Below, piece by piece: positions 35,525-45,689 of a stretch of DNA of 64,000 nucleotides. The DNA is taken from contig NZ_CALRUC010000002.1 in the NCBI RefSeq assembly GCF_943371255.1, forward strand, positions 27,086 to 91,085, in the 5' to 3' direction. A model generated the notes under the pieces. The model was not told the origin of the DNA. It did no database searches and worked only from the letters and a program-made list of their open reading frames with translations. Each line of letters starts with the position of its first letter. The stretch's first letter is position 1. This DNA comes from Ferrovibrio terrae. Its GTDB lineage: Bacteria > Pseudomonadota > Alphaproteobacteria > Ferrovibrionales > Ferrovibrionaceae. Both the position numbers and the translations under genes were made by a program.

Positions 35525-35839
35525 ATGGCCGACCCAATCGACGACAAGACGCAGACCGAACTCGAGGCCGCCGCTTTCCGCCGGTTGCTCGAGCATCTGC
35601 GCAGCCGCACCGATGTGCAGAATATCGACCTGATGAATCTGGCCGGCTTCTGCCGCAACTGCCTGTCGAACTGGTATCAGGATGCGGCGAAGGACAAGGG
35701 AATCGCCATCGAGAAGATGGCGGCGCGCGAGATCGTCTATGGCATGCCCTATGCCGACTGGCAGGCGAAATACCAGAAGGAAGCCTCGCCGGAGCAGCAG
35801 AAGGCCTTTGCCGAGTCGCAGAAAACCCACAAACACTAG
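35525..35839 (+). CDS. DUF1244 family protein
   Basis: ELEAAAFRRL..HL..RTDVQNIDLMNLAGFCRNCL..WY. Confidence 0.88.
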   Translation: MADPIDDKTQTELEAAAFRRLLEHLRSRTDVQNIDLMNLAGFCRNCLSNWYQDAAKDKGIAIEKMAAREIVYGMPYADWQAKYQKEASPEQQKAFAESQKTHKH

Positions 35840-35970
35840 ATTTCCACAGCAGGCGCATTCCTGTGGATAACTGTGGGCGAGGGGAGCTTCGGGCATAGGC
35901 GCGCCGGCCGTGCTGGCTATAATCCGCGCCAACCCCAGTCTCTCATTCTGTTTTGCAAAGGTCGCCTCCC

Positions 35971-36255
35971 ATGGCCAAACTCAAGTCCGGCAACTTCTCG
36001 ACCGATCAGCTCAACCAGCTGGTTGCGCGCATCGAGCGTCTGGAAGAAGAGAAGAAGGCGCTGGCCGACGACATCAAGGAAGTCTATGCCGAGGCCAAGG
36101 CGCATGGCTTCGACGTGAAGATCCTTCGCCAGGTGATCCGTCTGCGCAAGATGGACAAGGCCGAGCTGGACGAGCAGGAGACGCTGCTGCAGGTCTATAT
36201 GGATGCATTGGGCATGACCGACAGCCGCGGCGCCGACGAAGCGGCGGCGGAGTAA
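35971..36255 (+). CDS. gapR: GapR/DUF2312 nucleoid-associated protein
   Basis: L...VARIERLEEEKK.LADDIKEVYAEAK..GFD.KILRQVIRLRK. Confidence 0.9.
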   Translation: MAKLKSGNFSTDQLNQLVARIERLEEEKKALADDIKEVYAEAKAHGFDVKILRQVIRLRKMDKAELDEQETLLQVYMDALGMTDSRGADEAAAE

Positions 36256-36257
36256 GC

Positions 36258-36662
36258 ATGCGCAGCGGCCCTGCCGGCGGTATCGCAGGCCTGGCCGCAT
36301 TGCTGCTCTGTGGTGTGGCAGCCATCAGTACGGCGGTTGCGCAGCCGCAACGCCCCGTCACCGATGACAGCCAGGCCTGTGTCACGGTTGCCAATCTCAC
36401 CGAATACAACTGGCCGATCGGCGTCCGCCGCGAGGGCCGGGTCAACTCGACCCTGATCGCCAAGCCGCGCGAGGTGAACCGCTATTGCGCGCCCGACCGG
36501 CTCGGGCCGAACGAGTTCATCATCGTGCAGGTGAAATCCAGCTGGTTTCCGGTCGGCGAATGCCGTCTGAAGAATCGCGGCACCATGGAAATCTACCGCG
36601 AGAAAAGCACCGAGACCGACAGTGGCGAAGTCACCCGCGTGAAATGCTACGAGGGGCGCTAG
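36258..36662 (+). CDS. Secreted hypothetical protein
   Basis: Signal-peptide-like N-terminus, Cys-containing beta-rich domain. Confidence 0.6.
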   Translation: MRSGPAGGIAGLAALLLCGVAAISTAVAQPQRPVTDDSQACVTVANLTEYNWPIGVRREGRVNSTLIAKPREVNRYCAPDRLGPNEFIIVQVKSSWFPVGECRLKNRGTMEIYREKSTETDSGEVTRVKCYEGR

Positions 36663-36671
36663 CCCCGCAGC

Positions 36672-37160
36672 TCACGGGCGCAGCAGCGCCCAGCGCCAGA
36701 TCGGGCCGTCGTCAGGGTCGTCCACCGCTTCCACCAGATCGAAGCCACGCTTGCGCAGGATCGTCGTCGAGGCGTTTTCCTCCGGAAGGGTATGCGCCAG
36801 CACGGCCTGGATCTCGTATTCGTTGAAGGCGATCTTCAGCAGCTCGCGCGCCATCACGCTGGCAACGCCCTGGCCTTCGTTCCCCGGAAAGGTGAAATAG
36901 GCGATCTCGATCAGACCCTGCACCGGCGGCGATTTGAAGCTGCAGATGCCGAGCAGGGCATTGTCGGCCTCGCGGAGCGCGAAATAGCTCAGCCAGGGAT
37001 CGGTGGCACCGGTCTGCTCATAGAGATCGAGCGTGGCCGTCGCCACCTCGGCGGCGAGGTCCGCCACCGCGGCATGGTTCGGATGCTCGGCCAGGACCGC
37101 CGCCGGATTGGCGGACAGGCTTTCCAGATACGGCGTGTAGAGCGGTTTCAGCGTCAGCAT
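36672..37160 (-). CDS. GNAT (RimJ/RimL-like) acetyltransferase
   Basis: IEIAY.TFP..EGQGVA, A.TLPEENAS..IL.K.GF. Confidence 0.85.
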   Translation of the reverse strand: MLTLKPLYTPYLESLSANPAAVLAEHPNHAAVADLAAEVATATLDLYEQTGATDPWLSYFALREADNALLGICSFKSPPVQGLIEIAYFTFPGNEGQGVASVMARELLKIAFNEYEIQAVLAHTLPEENASTTILRKRGFDLVEAVDDPDDGPIWRWALLRP

Positions 37161-37200
37161 GAATGCGGTTCTGGCTGATCCGCGCCCGCCCCGCAAGCCT

Positions 37201-38049
37201 TCATCGGCGTTTCAGCCAGTCCAGCACGGTGGGCAGCACCACCTGCGGCTTGCGCACCCAGCGGAAATGGTCGATGCCCTCGAAGCCCAGTGCTTTCGGG
37301 TCGAGATGATGGCGGGAGACTTCCGCCTTGGGGAAGCGCCGCACGATATCGTTCAGCGCATGCTTGGGTGCGAAGAAATCGCCCTGCAGCGAGATCGCCA
37401 GCACCGGCAGGGTCATGGTCGCCAGCACGGCATCGTGATCCACCTTGTGTGGCTTGCCGAAATAGAAGCGCCCGGTGCGCGCCTGCCGGCCCCAGTCGGC
37501 GATCACGCTGCGCGCCTCGCGGCCGGCGAATTTGAATGTCGCACCCGGGAAATGCCCCAGCAGTCTGGCGGCCAGCACCGCCGCCTGGCTGTAGGGCCAG
37601 AAGGGCAGCGGCCAGAGTTTCCAGTGTACCGAACTGACAGCGGTGAGGATCAGGCCGTCCAGCTGATCGGGATGATGCGCGGCATAGATGGCGCTGACCT
37701 GGCCGCCGAGCGAATGGCCGTAGAGATAGAAGGGCGTGCCGGGGAAACGCGCCTTCACGGCGGCAATCGCCTGCGGCCAGTCCTCGGTCAGCATGTCGTG
37801 ATAGCCGAAATCGTAATCGCGTCCCGGCCGCCGGCCGCCGCTCTCTTCATGGCCGCGCAGCTCGGCGACGGCCACGTTATGCCCGGCTTCGCACAAAGCC
37901 GTGGCGAGCGGCGTGTAATAGCCCGCTTTCACCCCCATCGCCGGCTGGATCAGGATCGCCGGTGCGGCGGGATCGGCAGCGGGGTAGAGATGCAGCGCGA
38001 AGCTGGTGCCTTCACTGCGCTGTAAACGGATTGTTTCTGGCGTCGTCAT
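37201..38049 (-). CDS. Alpha/beta hydrolase
   Basis: PAMGV.A.YY, GHSLGGQ nucleophile elbow, D.FAP, DHF.W. Confidence 0.88.
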   Translation of the reverse strand: MTTPETIRLQRSEGTSFALHLYPAADPAAPAILIQPAMGVKAGYYTPLATALCEAGHNVAVAELRGHEESGGRRPGRDYDFGYHDMLTEDWPQAIAAVKARFPGTPFYLYGHSLGGQVSAIYAAHHPDQLDGLILTAVSSVHWKLWPLPFWPYSQAAVLAARLLGHFPGATFKFAGREARSVIADWGRQARTGRFYFGKPHKVDHDAVLATMTLPVLAISLQGDFFAPKHALNDIVRRFPKAEVSRHHLDPKALGFEGIDHFRWVRKPQVVLPTVLDWLKRR

Positions 38050-38131
38050 GGCGCGATCAAGCCACGACACGCGCCGCCCTGCAATTACCAATCAGGTCGT
38101 AACGTCGCGGCATGCCGTTGCGGAAGTAAGA

Positions 38132-38162
38132 CGTGGATGGCCGGGACAAGCCCGGCCATGAC
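38132..38162. repeat. Half REP-like palindrome
   Basis: GTGGATGGCCGGG-ACAAG-CCCGGCCATGAC; matches right arm of 93-bp elements at 58230 and 63852. Confidence 0.75.
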
Positions 38163-38172
38163 ACGCGCTCCT

Positions 38173-41100
38173 TTACTCCGCCGCCGTCGCCAGCGGTGTC
38201 GGGCTGCGGAAGCTGGCCAGCAGCTTGGCTTCCTTGGCCTTGGCATCCTTCAGGTGCTTCACCTTCACATGGCCATAGCCGCGGATGTCTTCCGGGATCT
38301 TCGCCAGCTGCACGGCAAGGCCATGATTGTCCGGCGTCATCTTGGCGCAGAGTTCCTCGATCAGGGTGACGTAATCGGCGATCAGCTGGCGTTCGGTCTG
38401 CCGCTCATGGCTATAGCCGAACACATCCAGTTTCGTACCGCGCAGGCCCTTCAGCCTGGCGAGCAGCTTGAAGGCGCGCATCATCCAGGGGCCGAACTGC
38501 TGCTTCTGCGCGATGCCGGTTTCCGGATCGGGCGGGTTGAGCAGCGGCGGCGACAGATGGAAGGAGAGCGAGAAGTCGCCCTCGAACTGCGCATTCAGCT
38601 TCTTGAGGAATTCGCCATCGGTGTAGAGTCGGGCGACCTCGTATTCGTCCTTGTAGGCCATCAGCTTGTAGCCATAGCGTGCCACCGCTTCGGCAAAGCC
38701 GGTCATGCCCTTGGCCTTGGCGGCCTCGGCAATGCGGGCCTTGTCCACCAGCGCCTTGTAGCGCTGCGCGTAAGCCTCGTTCTGGTAAGCGACAAGGCGC
38801 GGCATGCGGTCGGCCAGCAGTTCGTCCACCGTCCGGGCAAACGCCTTGGGTTCCATCGCCATCACGGTGGGGCGGGCGATGTCATCCACCACCTTGGCAT
38901 CCTGGGCATAGAGCCGGCCCCAGTTCAGCGCCCGCTTGTTGGCGTCGATCGCCGTACCGTTCAGCTCGATGGCCTGCAGCAGGGCATCGAGCGACACCGG
39001 CAGCAGGCCGCGCTGCACGGCATAGCCCAGCATGAACATGTTGGTGGCGATGGCATCGCCCATCAGCGCCGTGGCGATGCGGGTGGCCTCGACGAATTCC
39101 GACAGGTTCTCGCCGGCGGCATTGCGGATCGCCTGCGCCATCTGCTGGTCGTCCAGCACCAGGTTCGGATTGAGCTGGAAGGCCGCCGTGGGCGTCAGAT
39201 GCGTGTTGATCAGCGCCCGTGTGGCGCCGCGCTGCATCTTTTCCAGTGCAGCGTCTCCTGCGGCCACCACCATGTCGCAGCCCAGCACCAGGTTGGCGCC
39301 GCCGGCCGCCACGCGCACGGCATGGATGTCCTCCGGCGTCTTGGCGATGCGAACATGGCTCAGCACGGCGCCGTTCTTCTGCGCCAGGCCGGTGAAATCC
39401 AGCACGCTGGTGCCATAGCCCTGGATATGCGCGGCCATGCCGAGAATCTGGCCAATCGTCACCACGCCGGTGCCGCCGATGCCGGTGATCAGGATGTTGT
39501 AGGGCTGGTCCAGCGGCGCCACTTCCGGCGTCTTCAGGTTGCCGAACAGGTCATCCGCCAGGCCATCGGGATTCTTCTTCACCTGCACCTTGGCACGCTT
39601 CACCTTGCCGCCATGCACGGTGACGAAGCTGGGGCAGAAGCCCTTCACGCAGGAGAAGTCCTTGTTGCAGGACGACTGGTTGATCTTGCGCTTGCGGCCC
39701 AGTTCGGTTTCCTGCGGCTCGACCGAGACGCAGTTGGATTTCACCGAACAGTCGCCGCAGCCCTCGCAGACCGCCTCGTTGATGAAGACGCGGCGATCCG
39801 GATCGGGGAAGGTGCCGCGCTTGCGGCGGCGGCGCTTTTCGGCGGCGCAGGTCTGGTCATAGACCAGCACGGTGCAGCCGGCGATGTCGCGCAGTTCCTT
39901 CTGCACGGCATCCAGTTCGTCGCGATTGTGGATCGTGGTGCCCGGCGCCCATTCGGTGCCGACCGGATATTTGTCAGGCTCGTCGGTCACCACGGCGATG
40001 CGGCGCACGCCCTCGCCATAAACCTGGAGCGTAATCTGCGGCGGGGTCAGCTGGCCGTCATGCGGCTGGCCGCCGGTCATCGCCACCGCGTCGTTGAACA
40101 GGATCTTGTAGGTGATGTTCACCTTGGCGGCGACACTGGCGCGCAGCGCCAGCAGACCGGAATGGAAATAGGTGCCATCGCCCAGATTGGCGAAGATATG
40201 GTTTTCCTCGGTGAACGGCGCCTGGCCGATCCACGGCGTGCCTTCGCCGCCCATCTGCGTAAACGTTGCGGTCGACCGGTCCATCCACAGCGACATGAAG
40301 TGGCAGCCGATGCCGGCCACTGCGCGGCTGCCTTCGGGCACGCGGGTCGAGGTGTTGTGCGGGCAGCCCGAGCAGAAATACGGCGTGCGCTGGGTCTTGC
40401 CGATGCTGCTGGCAGCCGACTCGCGCTCCTTCTGCTCGATGAAGGCAATGCGCTCCTCGATGCGGGCATTGGTGCCATAGCGCTTGAGCCAAGTATACAG
40501 CGCCTTGGCGACGATGGCGGGCGAGATTTCCCCCGCCGACGGCAGCAGCCAGTTGCCTTGCGCATCGAACTTGCCGATCACGCGCGGCCGCACATCCTCG
40601 CGCCAGTTATACAGCTGCTCTTTCAGCTGGTTCTCGATGATCGCACGCTTTTCCTCGACGACGATCACTTCTTCAAGGCCTTCGGCGAAATGCCGCGCGC
40701 CTTCGCGCTCCAGCGGCCACACCATGCCCACCTTGTAGAGGCGGATGCCCATATCGGCGGCCATTTCCTCGCTGATGCCGAGGTCTTCCATCGCCTGGCG
40801 CACATCGAGATACGACTTGCCGGTGGTGATGATGCCCAGCCGCGGGCGCGGGCTGTCGATCACCACGCGGTCGATCTTGTTGGCGCGGGCAAAGGCCAGA
40901 GCGGCATAGGCCTTGTGCCGCTGCACGCGATCTTCCTGTTCCAGGATGGCATCGGGCCAGCGGATGTTCAGCCCGCCGGGCGGCATCTGGAAATCGGTGG
41001 GATAGGCGATCTGCAGGCGGTCAGGATCGATCGACACGCTGGCCGAGCTTTCCACCGTCTCGGTCTGGCACTTGAAACCGACCCAGACGCCGGCATAGCG

Positions 41101-41667
41101 CGACATCGCCCAGCCCAGCAGGCCGTAATCGATGAATTCCTGCACATTGGCCGGATGCAGCATCGGCATCATCGCGGCCATCATCATATGTTCGGACTGA
41201 TGCGCCACGGTGGAGGAGGCGGCGCCATGATCGTCGCCGCACAGCGCCAGCACACCGCCATGCGGCGAGGTGCCGGCGGCATTGGCATGCTTGAACACGT
41301 CCATCGAGCGGTCGACGCCGGGGCCCTTGCCATACCAGATCGAGAAGATGCCGTCGTATTTCGCCTTGGGGAACAGGTTGAGCTGCTGGCTGCCCCAGAC
41401 GGCGGTGGCGGCCAGATCCTCGTTCACGCCGGGCTGGAACTCGATATGGTTCGCTTTAAGGAACTTGCGGGCTTTCCAGAGCTGCTGGTCGAACAGGCCG
41501 AGCGGCGAGCCGCGATAGCCGGAGATGAAGGAGGCGGTGTTGAGCCCGGCGGCCAGATCGCGCTTTCGCTGCAGCATCGGCAGGCGCACGAGCGCCTGGG
41601 TGCCGGTCAGGAAAACCCGGCCGCGCTCGAGGGTGTACTTGTCGTCCAGCGTTACATTCGCCAGCAT
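38173..41667 (-). CDS. Indolepyruvate ferredoxin oxidoreductase family (fused subunits)
   Basis: SGYRGSPLG, NEDLAATAV.GSQ, FCSGCPHN, GDGT..HSG, CAAEKRR, CEGCGDC, GLAQK.G.V.S. Confidence 0.93.
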   Translation of the reverse strand: MLANVTLDDKYTLERGRVFLTGTQALVRLPMLQRKRDLAAGLNTASFISGYRGSPLGLFDQQLWKARKFLKANHIEFQPGVNEDLAATAVWGSQQLNLFPKAKYDGIFSIWYGKGPGVDRSMDVFKHANAAGTSPHGGVLALCGDDHGAASSTVAHQSEHMMMAAMMPMLHPANVQEFIDYGLLGWAMSRYAGVWVGFKCQTETVESSASVSIDPDRLQIAYPTDFQMPPGGLNIRWPDAILEQEDRVQRHKAYAALAFARANKIDRVVIDSPRPRLGIITTGKSYLDVRQAMEDLGISEEMAADMGIRLYKVGMVWPLEREGARHFAEGLEEVIVVEEKRAIIENQLKEQLYNWREDVRPRVIGKFDAQGNWLLPSAGEISPAIVAKALYTWLKRYGTNARIEERIAFIEQKERESAASSIGKTQRTPYFCSGCPHNTSTRVPEGSRAVAGIGCHFMSLWMDRSTATFTQMGGEGTPWIGQAPFTEENHIFANLGDGTYFHSGLLALRASVAAKVNITYKILFNDAVAMTGGQPHDGQLTPPQITLQVYGEGVRRIAVVTDEPDKYPVGTEWAPGTTIHNRDELDAVQKELRDIAGCTVLVYDQTCAAEKRRRRKRGTFPDPDRRVFINEAVCEGCGDCSVKSNCVSVEPQETELGRKRKINQSSCNKDFSCVKGFCPSFVTVHGGKVKRAKVQVKKNPDGLADDLFGNLKTPEVAPLDQPYNILITGIGGTGVVTIGQILGMAAHIQGYGTSVLDFTGLAQKNGAVLSHVRIAKTPEDIHAVRVAAGGANLVLGCDMVVAAGDAALEKMQRGATRALINTHLTPTAAFQLNPNLVLDDQQMAQAIRNAAGENLSEFVEATRIATALMGDAIATNMFMLGYAVQRGLLPVSLDALLQAIELNGTAIDANKRALNWGRLYAQDAKVVDDIARPTVMAMEPKAFARTVDELLADRMPRLVAYQNEAYAQRYKALVDKARIAEAAKAKGMTGFAEAVARYGYKLMAYKDEYEVARLYTDGEFLKKLNAQFEGDFSLSFHLSPPLLNPPDPETGIAQKQQFGPWMMRAFKLLARLKGLRGTKLDVFGYSHERQTERQLIADYVTLIEELCAKMTPDNHGLAVQLAKIPEDIRGYGHVKVKHLKDAKAKEAKLLASFRSPTPLATAAE

Positions 41668-41716
41668 CCGGTGCTCCTCCCGCTACCGTAGTCGCCGATC
41701 CGGTTCGGCCGCTGCC

Positions 41717-41743
41717 AATTAGGTCAGCATTACTTACCTAATT
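41717..41743. promoter_or_regulatory. Inverted-repeat operator candidate upstream of IOR gene
   Basis: AATTAGGT-N11-ACCTAATT, AT-rich, contains T-N11-A core. Confidence 0.5.
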
Positions 41744-41876
41744 ATAGGACGGTCCATCCGCTCGGTCGAGGGAAAACCGCTGCCATGCGCCGCATCCGGG
41801 GCCGGTTGCTCTTTCAAGTGATTCTGGTAGATAGCCCGAGGTAGTCAATCACACCGCAGCCCGTATCGGACGTTTT

Positions 41877-42857
41877 ATGGCCATTCTGCTCACCGGCGCC
41901 GCTGGTTTTATCGGCTTTCATGTCGCGCAGGTTTTGCTGCAGCGCGGCGAAGAAGTGATCGGTCTCGATAATCTGAACGATTATTACGATCCGCGCCTCA
42001 AGCACGCACGACTCGAGCAGTTGCAGGGCAAAAAAGGCTTCAAATTTTTCCAGGTCGATATCGCCGAACCTGATGCAGTGCGGGATGCGGCCAAAGGCGC
42101 TGATATCACGAAAGTGATCCATCTCGCCGCCCAGGCCGGTGTGCGCTATTCGCTGGTCAATCCATACGCGTATATCCGCGCCAATGTGCTCGGCCATACC
42201 GTGATGCTGGAATTCTGCCGCAGCCTGAAAAACTGCGAGCATATGGTCTACGCCTCCTCTTCGTCGGTGTATGGCGGCAATACCAAGCTGCCTTTCGCTG
42301 TGGAAGACCGCGTCGATTCGCCGATCTCGCTCTATGCCGCCACCAAGAAGGCCGACGAACTGATCAGCCATGCCTATGCGCATCTGTTCGGCTTCCCGCA
42401 GACCGGGCTGCGTTTCTTCACCGTCTATGGTCCCTGGGGCCGGCCCGACATGGCGATGTTCATCTTCACCAAGGCGATCTTCGAGGGCCGCCCGATCCAG
42501 GTGTTCAATCACGGCAACATGCAGCGCGATTTCACCTATATCGATGATATCGTCAGCGGCATCATCAAGACGCTGGATCATCCGCCGCCGCCCAACGAAC
42601 AGGGCCGGCCCTATCGCGTCTACAATATCGGCAACAGTAAGTCCGAGCCGCTGCTGCGCATGATCGAACTGATCGAGCAGGCCACCGGCCGCAAGGCCGA
42701 GAAGCAGCTGCTGCCGATGCAGGAAGGCGATGTGCCGGCCACCTACGCCGATATCTCGGCTATCCAGCGCGACACCGGCTTTGCGCCCACCACGCCGATC
42801 GATGTCGGCATCCCGCGCTTCGTCGACTGGTATCGCCGCTACCACAACATGATCTGA
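41877..42857 (+). CDS. NAD-dependent epimerase (UDP-glucuronate 4-epimerase-like)
   Basis: TGAAGFIG, HLAAQAGVRYS, YAATK, FFTVYGPWGRPDMA. Confidence 0.92.
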   Translation: MAILLTGAAGFIGFHVAQVLLQRGEEVIGLDNLNDYYDPRLKHARLEQLQGKKGFKFFQVDIAEPDAVRDAAKGADITKVIHLAAQAGVRYSLVNPYAYIRANVLGHTVMLEFCRSLKNCEHMVYASSSSVYGGNTKLPFAVEDRVDSPISLYAATKKADELISHAYAHLFGFPQTGLRFFTVYGPWGRPDMAMFIFTKAIFEGRPIQVFNHGNMQRDFTYIDDIVSGIIKTLDHPPPPNEQGRPYRVYNIGNSKSEPLLRMIELIEQATGRKAEKQLLPMQEGDVPATYADISAIQRDTGFAPTTPIDVGIPRFVDWYRRYHNMI

Positions 42858-43357
42858 TGAGTGAAATCCCCCAGCTGAGCGCCGATGGCATCGACCCCAA
42901 GATGGTCGAGGCCATGATCCGTCAGGGGATTCCCTATTGCGCCGCGCTGGGCGTCGAAGTGATCGAGGTCAAGCGCAGCCATGTCACGCTGTCGCTGCCC
43001 TACAATTCCGATCTGGTCGGCGATCCGGCCAATGGCATCCTGCATGGCGGCGCCATCACCTCGCTGGTCGATAGCGTCGCCGGCATGGCGGTGTTCGCCG
43101 CGATGCAGAAGCTGCAGGCGGTCGCCACGCTCGATCTGCGCATCGACTATCTGAAGCCGGCACTGGCGCACAAGGCGGTCTATGCCACGGCGGAATGCTA
43201 CAAACTGACCCGTTCGATTGCCTTTGTGCGCGCCCGTGCCTATCACCCCGATACGCCGGACGATCTGGTGGCCAATTGCGTCGCCACCTTCATGATCGGT
43301 TCGTCCGACAAGCCGCCGTTGCCCAAAGGCACCAAAATTCCCGGGGTGCAGGCATGA
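42857..43357 (+). CDS. PaaI-family thioesterase
   Basis: G.LHGGAI.SLVD, ATLDLRIDYLKPA. Confidence 0.88.
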   Translation: MSEIPQLSADGIDPKMVEAMIRQGIPYCAALGVEVIEVKRSHVTLSLPYNSDLVGDPANGILHGGAITSLVDSVAGMAVFAAMQKLQAVATLDLRIDYLKPALAHKAVYATAECYKLTRSIAFVRARAYHPDTPDDLVANCVATFMIGSSDKPPLPKGTKIPGVQA

Positions 43358-43794
43358 GTGATTTCGCCACCCTGATCGCCGAAGCCCGGACCAAGCGCGA
43401 CTTCGCGCCGTTCCTTGCTGCCGTGCCGTATTTCCGCTTCCTCGGCCTCACTGTGAAAGCGGGCGAGAGCGAGGGCGAGCTGATCTGCGTGCTGCCGGCC
43501 GATCCCAAGCTGATCGGCAATGCGCGCCTGCCGGCCCTGCATGGCGGCGTGGTTGGGGCGCTGCTGGAATCGGTCGCCATCGTGCAGCTGATCTGGTCGG
43601 CCGAGACCGATCGGATTCCGAAAATCATCGACCTGCAGGTGGATTACCTGCGTTCGGCGCGGCCGGTGGAAACCTTTGCCCGCGCCATCATCACCAAGCA
43701 TGGCCGTCGTGTCGCCAATGTGCGCGCCGAGGCCTGGCAGGACGACCCGGCCCGCCCGGTCGCCGCCGCCCACGCGCATTTCCTGCTGGCCTGA
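43354..43794 (+). CDS. PaaI-family thioesterase
   Basis: LIGN...ALHGGVVGALLE, VDYLRSA, GRRVANV. Confidence 0.88.
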   Translation: MSDFATLIAEARTKRDFAPFLAAVPYFRFLGLTVKAGESEGELICVLPADPKLIGNARLPALHGGVVGALLESVAIVQLIWSAETDRIPKIIDLQVDYLRSARPVETFARAIITKHGRRVANVRAEAWQDDPARPVAAAHAHFLLA

Positions 43795-43880
43795 TTACAG
43801 GTCTGTTATGACGGACGGGCTGGTCAAACCGGCCGGCGATGCCCATATACTGGAGCGATTATAAAACAAAGGGTCTTCCC

Positions 43881-45689
43881 ATGGCTTCTCCCGCCGTTTC
43901 CGCTGCCCCCGCCACGCCGGCCAATGATCTCGGCGCCCTGCCGGTCTGGGATCTGAACGATCTCTATCCCGGCCTGGAATCCGCCGAGCTGAAGCGTGAC
44001 CTGGCCGCCGTTGCCGCGCGCTGCGCCAAGCTGGAGCAGGACTGGAAGGGCAGGATCGCCACCGCTTCGGGCGATGATCTGGCTGGCGTGATCGCCGAGT
44101 ATGAATCCCTGCAGGATCTGATCGGTCGCATGTATTCCTACGCCTCGCTGGCCTATGCCGGCGATATGGCCGACCCCAAGGTCGCCGGCTTCTACCAGGA
44201 CATGCAGGAGAAGCTGAACGACATCACCACCAAGCTGCTGTTCCTGACTCTGGAGCTGAACCGCATCGAGGAAGCGGCGCTGGAGAAGAAGTATCTGGAA
44301 TCGCCGAAGCTGGCGCATTACGGCCCCTGGCTGCGCGACCTGCGGCTGTTCCGCGAGCATCAGCTGGATGACGAGCTGGAACGGCTGCTGCATGAAAAAG
44401 CAGTGGCTGGCCGCGCAGCCTGGAACCGCCTGTTCGACGAAACCATGGCCGGCCTGCGCTTCCCCTATGGCAAGGAGCAGCTCACCGCCGAGCAGGTGCT
44501 GCACAAGCTGTCGGACAAGGATGCCAAGACGCGCAAGTTGGCCGGCAAGACGCTGGCCAAGGTGTTCAAGCAGAATGTGCGACTGTTCGCGCTGATCACC
44601 AACACGCTGATCAAGGACAAGGAGGTCGAGGACCGCTGGCGCAAGTATCCGACGCCGGAGGCCTATCGCCATTTGTCCAACTGCGTCGAGCCGGAAGTGG
44701 TCAATGCGCTGACCGATGCGGTGACGGCGGCCTATCCGAAACTCTCGCACCGCTATTACAAGCTGAAAGCGAAGTGGATGGGCGCCAGCAAGCTCAACTG
44801 GTGGGACCGCAACGCGCCGCTGCCCGAAGACAATGACCGCGTGATCGCCTGGGACGAGGCGCGCGATATCGTGCTCAAGGCCTATGGCTGCTTTTCGCCG
44901 GAGCTGGCCGATCTGGGCCGGAAATTCTTCGACAATGCCTGGATCGATGCCCCCGCCCGGCCGGGCAAGGCATCCGGTGCCTTCGCGCATCCCACCGTGC
45001 CGAGCGCGCATCCCTATCTGCTGCTGAACTATCAGGGCCGCACGCGCGACGTGATGACGCTGGCGCATGAGTTGGGCCATGGCGTGCACCAGCTGCTCGC
45101 CGCCGAGCAGGGCCCGCTCATGTCGGACACGCCGCTGACCCTGGCGGAAACCGCATCGGTGTTCGGCGAACAGCTCACCTTCCGCGCGCTGCTCGATGCC
45201 GCCGGGCCGGAGCGGCGCAAGATCATGCTGGCCTCCAAGGTCGAGGACATGATCAACACCGTGGTGCGCCAGACCGCCTTCTTCAAATTCGAGCGTAACC
45301 TGCATGCGGCGCGGCGCGAGGGCGAGCTGACGCCGGACCGCATCGGTGAAATCTGGATGGGCGTGCAGAAGGAAAGCCTTGGGCCGGCGCTGAAGCTGGA
45401 CCAGGATTACAGCACCTTCTGGTGCTACATCCCGCATTTCGTGCATTCGCCGTTTTATGTCTACGCCTATGCCTTCGGCGACTGCCTGGTGAATGCGCTC
45501 TATGCGCGCTACCAGGATGCCGAGGCCGGCTTCCAGGACAAATACTTCGCCATGCTCAAGGCCGGCGGCACCCTGCGGCACCAGGAGCTGCTCAAGCCCT
45601 TCGGTCTCGATGCCTCCGACCCCGCCTTCTGGTCGAAGGGGCTTGGCGTGATCTCCGGCTTCATCGACGAGCTTGAGCAGCTCTCCTAA
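43881..45689 (+). CDS. M3 family oligoendopeptidase F
   Basis: WDL.DLY, GK.SGAF, TLAHELGHG.H, AE.ASVFGE, FY.YAY.FG. Confidence 0.93.
   Translation: MASPAVSAAPATPANDLGALPVWDLNDLYPGLESAELKRDLAAVAARCAKLEQDWKGRIATASGDDLAGVIAEYESLQDLIGRMYSYASLAYAGDMADPKVAGFYQDMQEKLNDITTKLLFLTLELNRIEEAALEKKYLESPKLAHYGPWLRDLRLFREHQLDDELERLLHEKAVAGRAAWNRLFDETMAGLRFPYGKEQLTAEQVLHKLSDKDAKTRKLAGKTLAKVFKQNVRLFALITNTLIKDKEVEDRWRKYPTPEAYRHLSNCVEPEVVNALTDAVTAAYPKLSHRYYKLKAKWMGASKLNWWDRNAPLPEDNDRVIAWDEARDIVLKAYGCFSPELADLGRKFFDNAWIDAPARPGKASGAFAHPTVPSAHPYLLLNYQGRTRDVMTLAHELGHGVHQLLAAEQGPLMSDTPLTLAETASVFGEQLTFRALLDAAGPERRKIMLASKVEDMINTVVRQTAFFKFERNLHAARREGELTPDRIGEIWMGVQKESLGPALKLDQDYSTFWCYIPHFVHSPFYVYAYAFGDCLVNALYARYQDAEAGFQDKYFAMLKAGGTLRHQELLKPFGLDASDPAFWSKGLGVISGFIDELEQLS

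Noticed and set aside
38137-41691. 1184-aa plus-strand ORF and similar long antisense ORFs (e.g. 25344-27401, 43824-46223, 33479-35410)
   Set aside because: Antisense shadows of well-supported genes caused by GC3 bias; no motifs. Unlike the MTase beta frame, they contain no functional signature.
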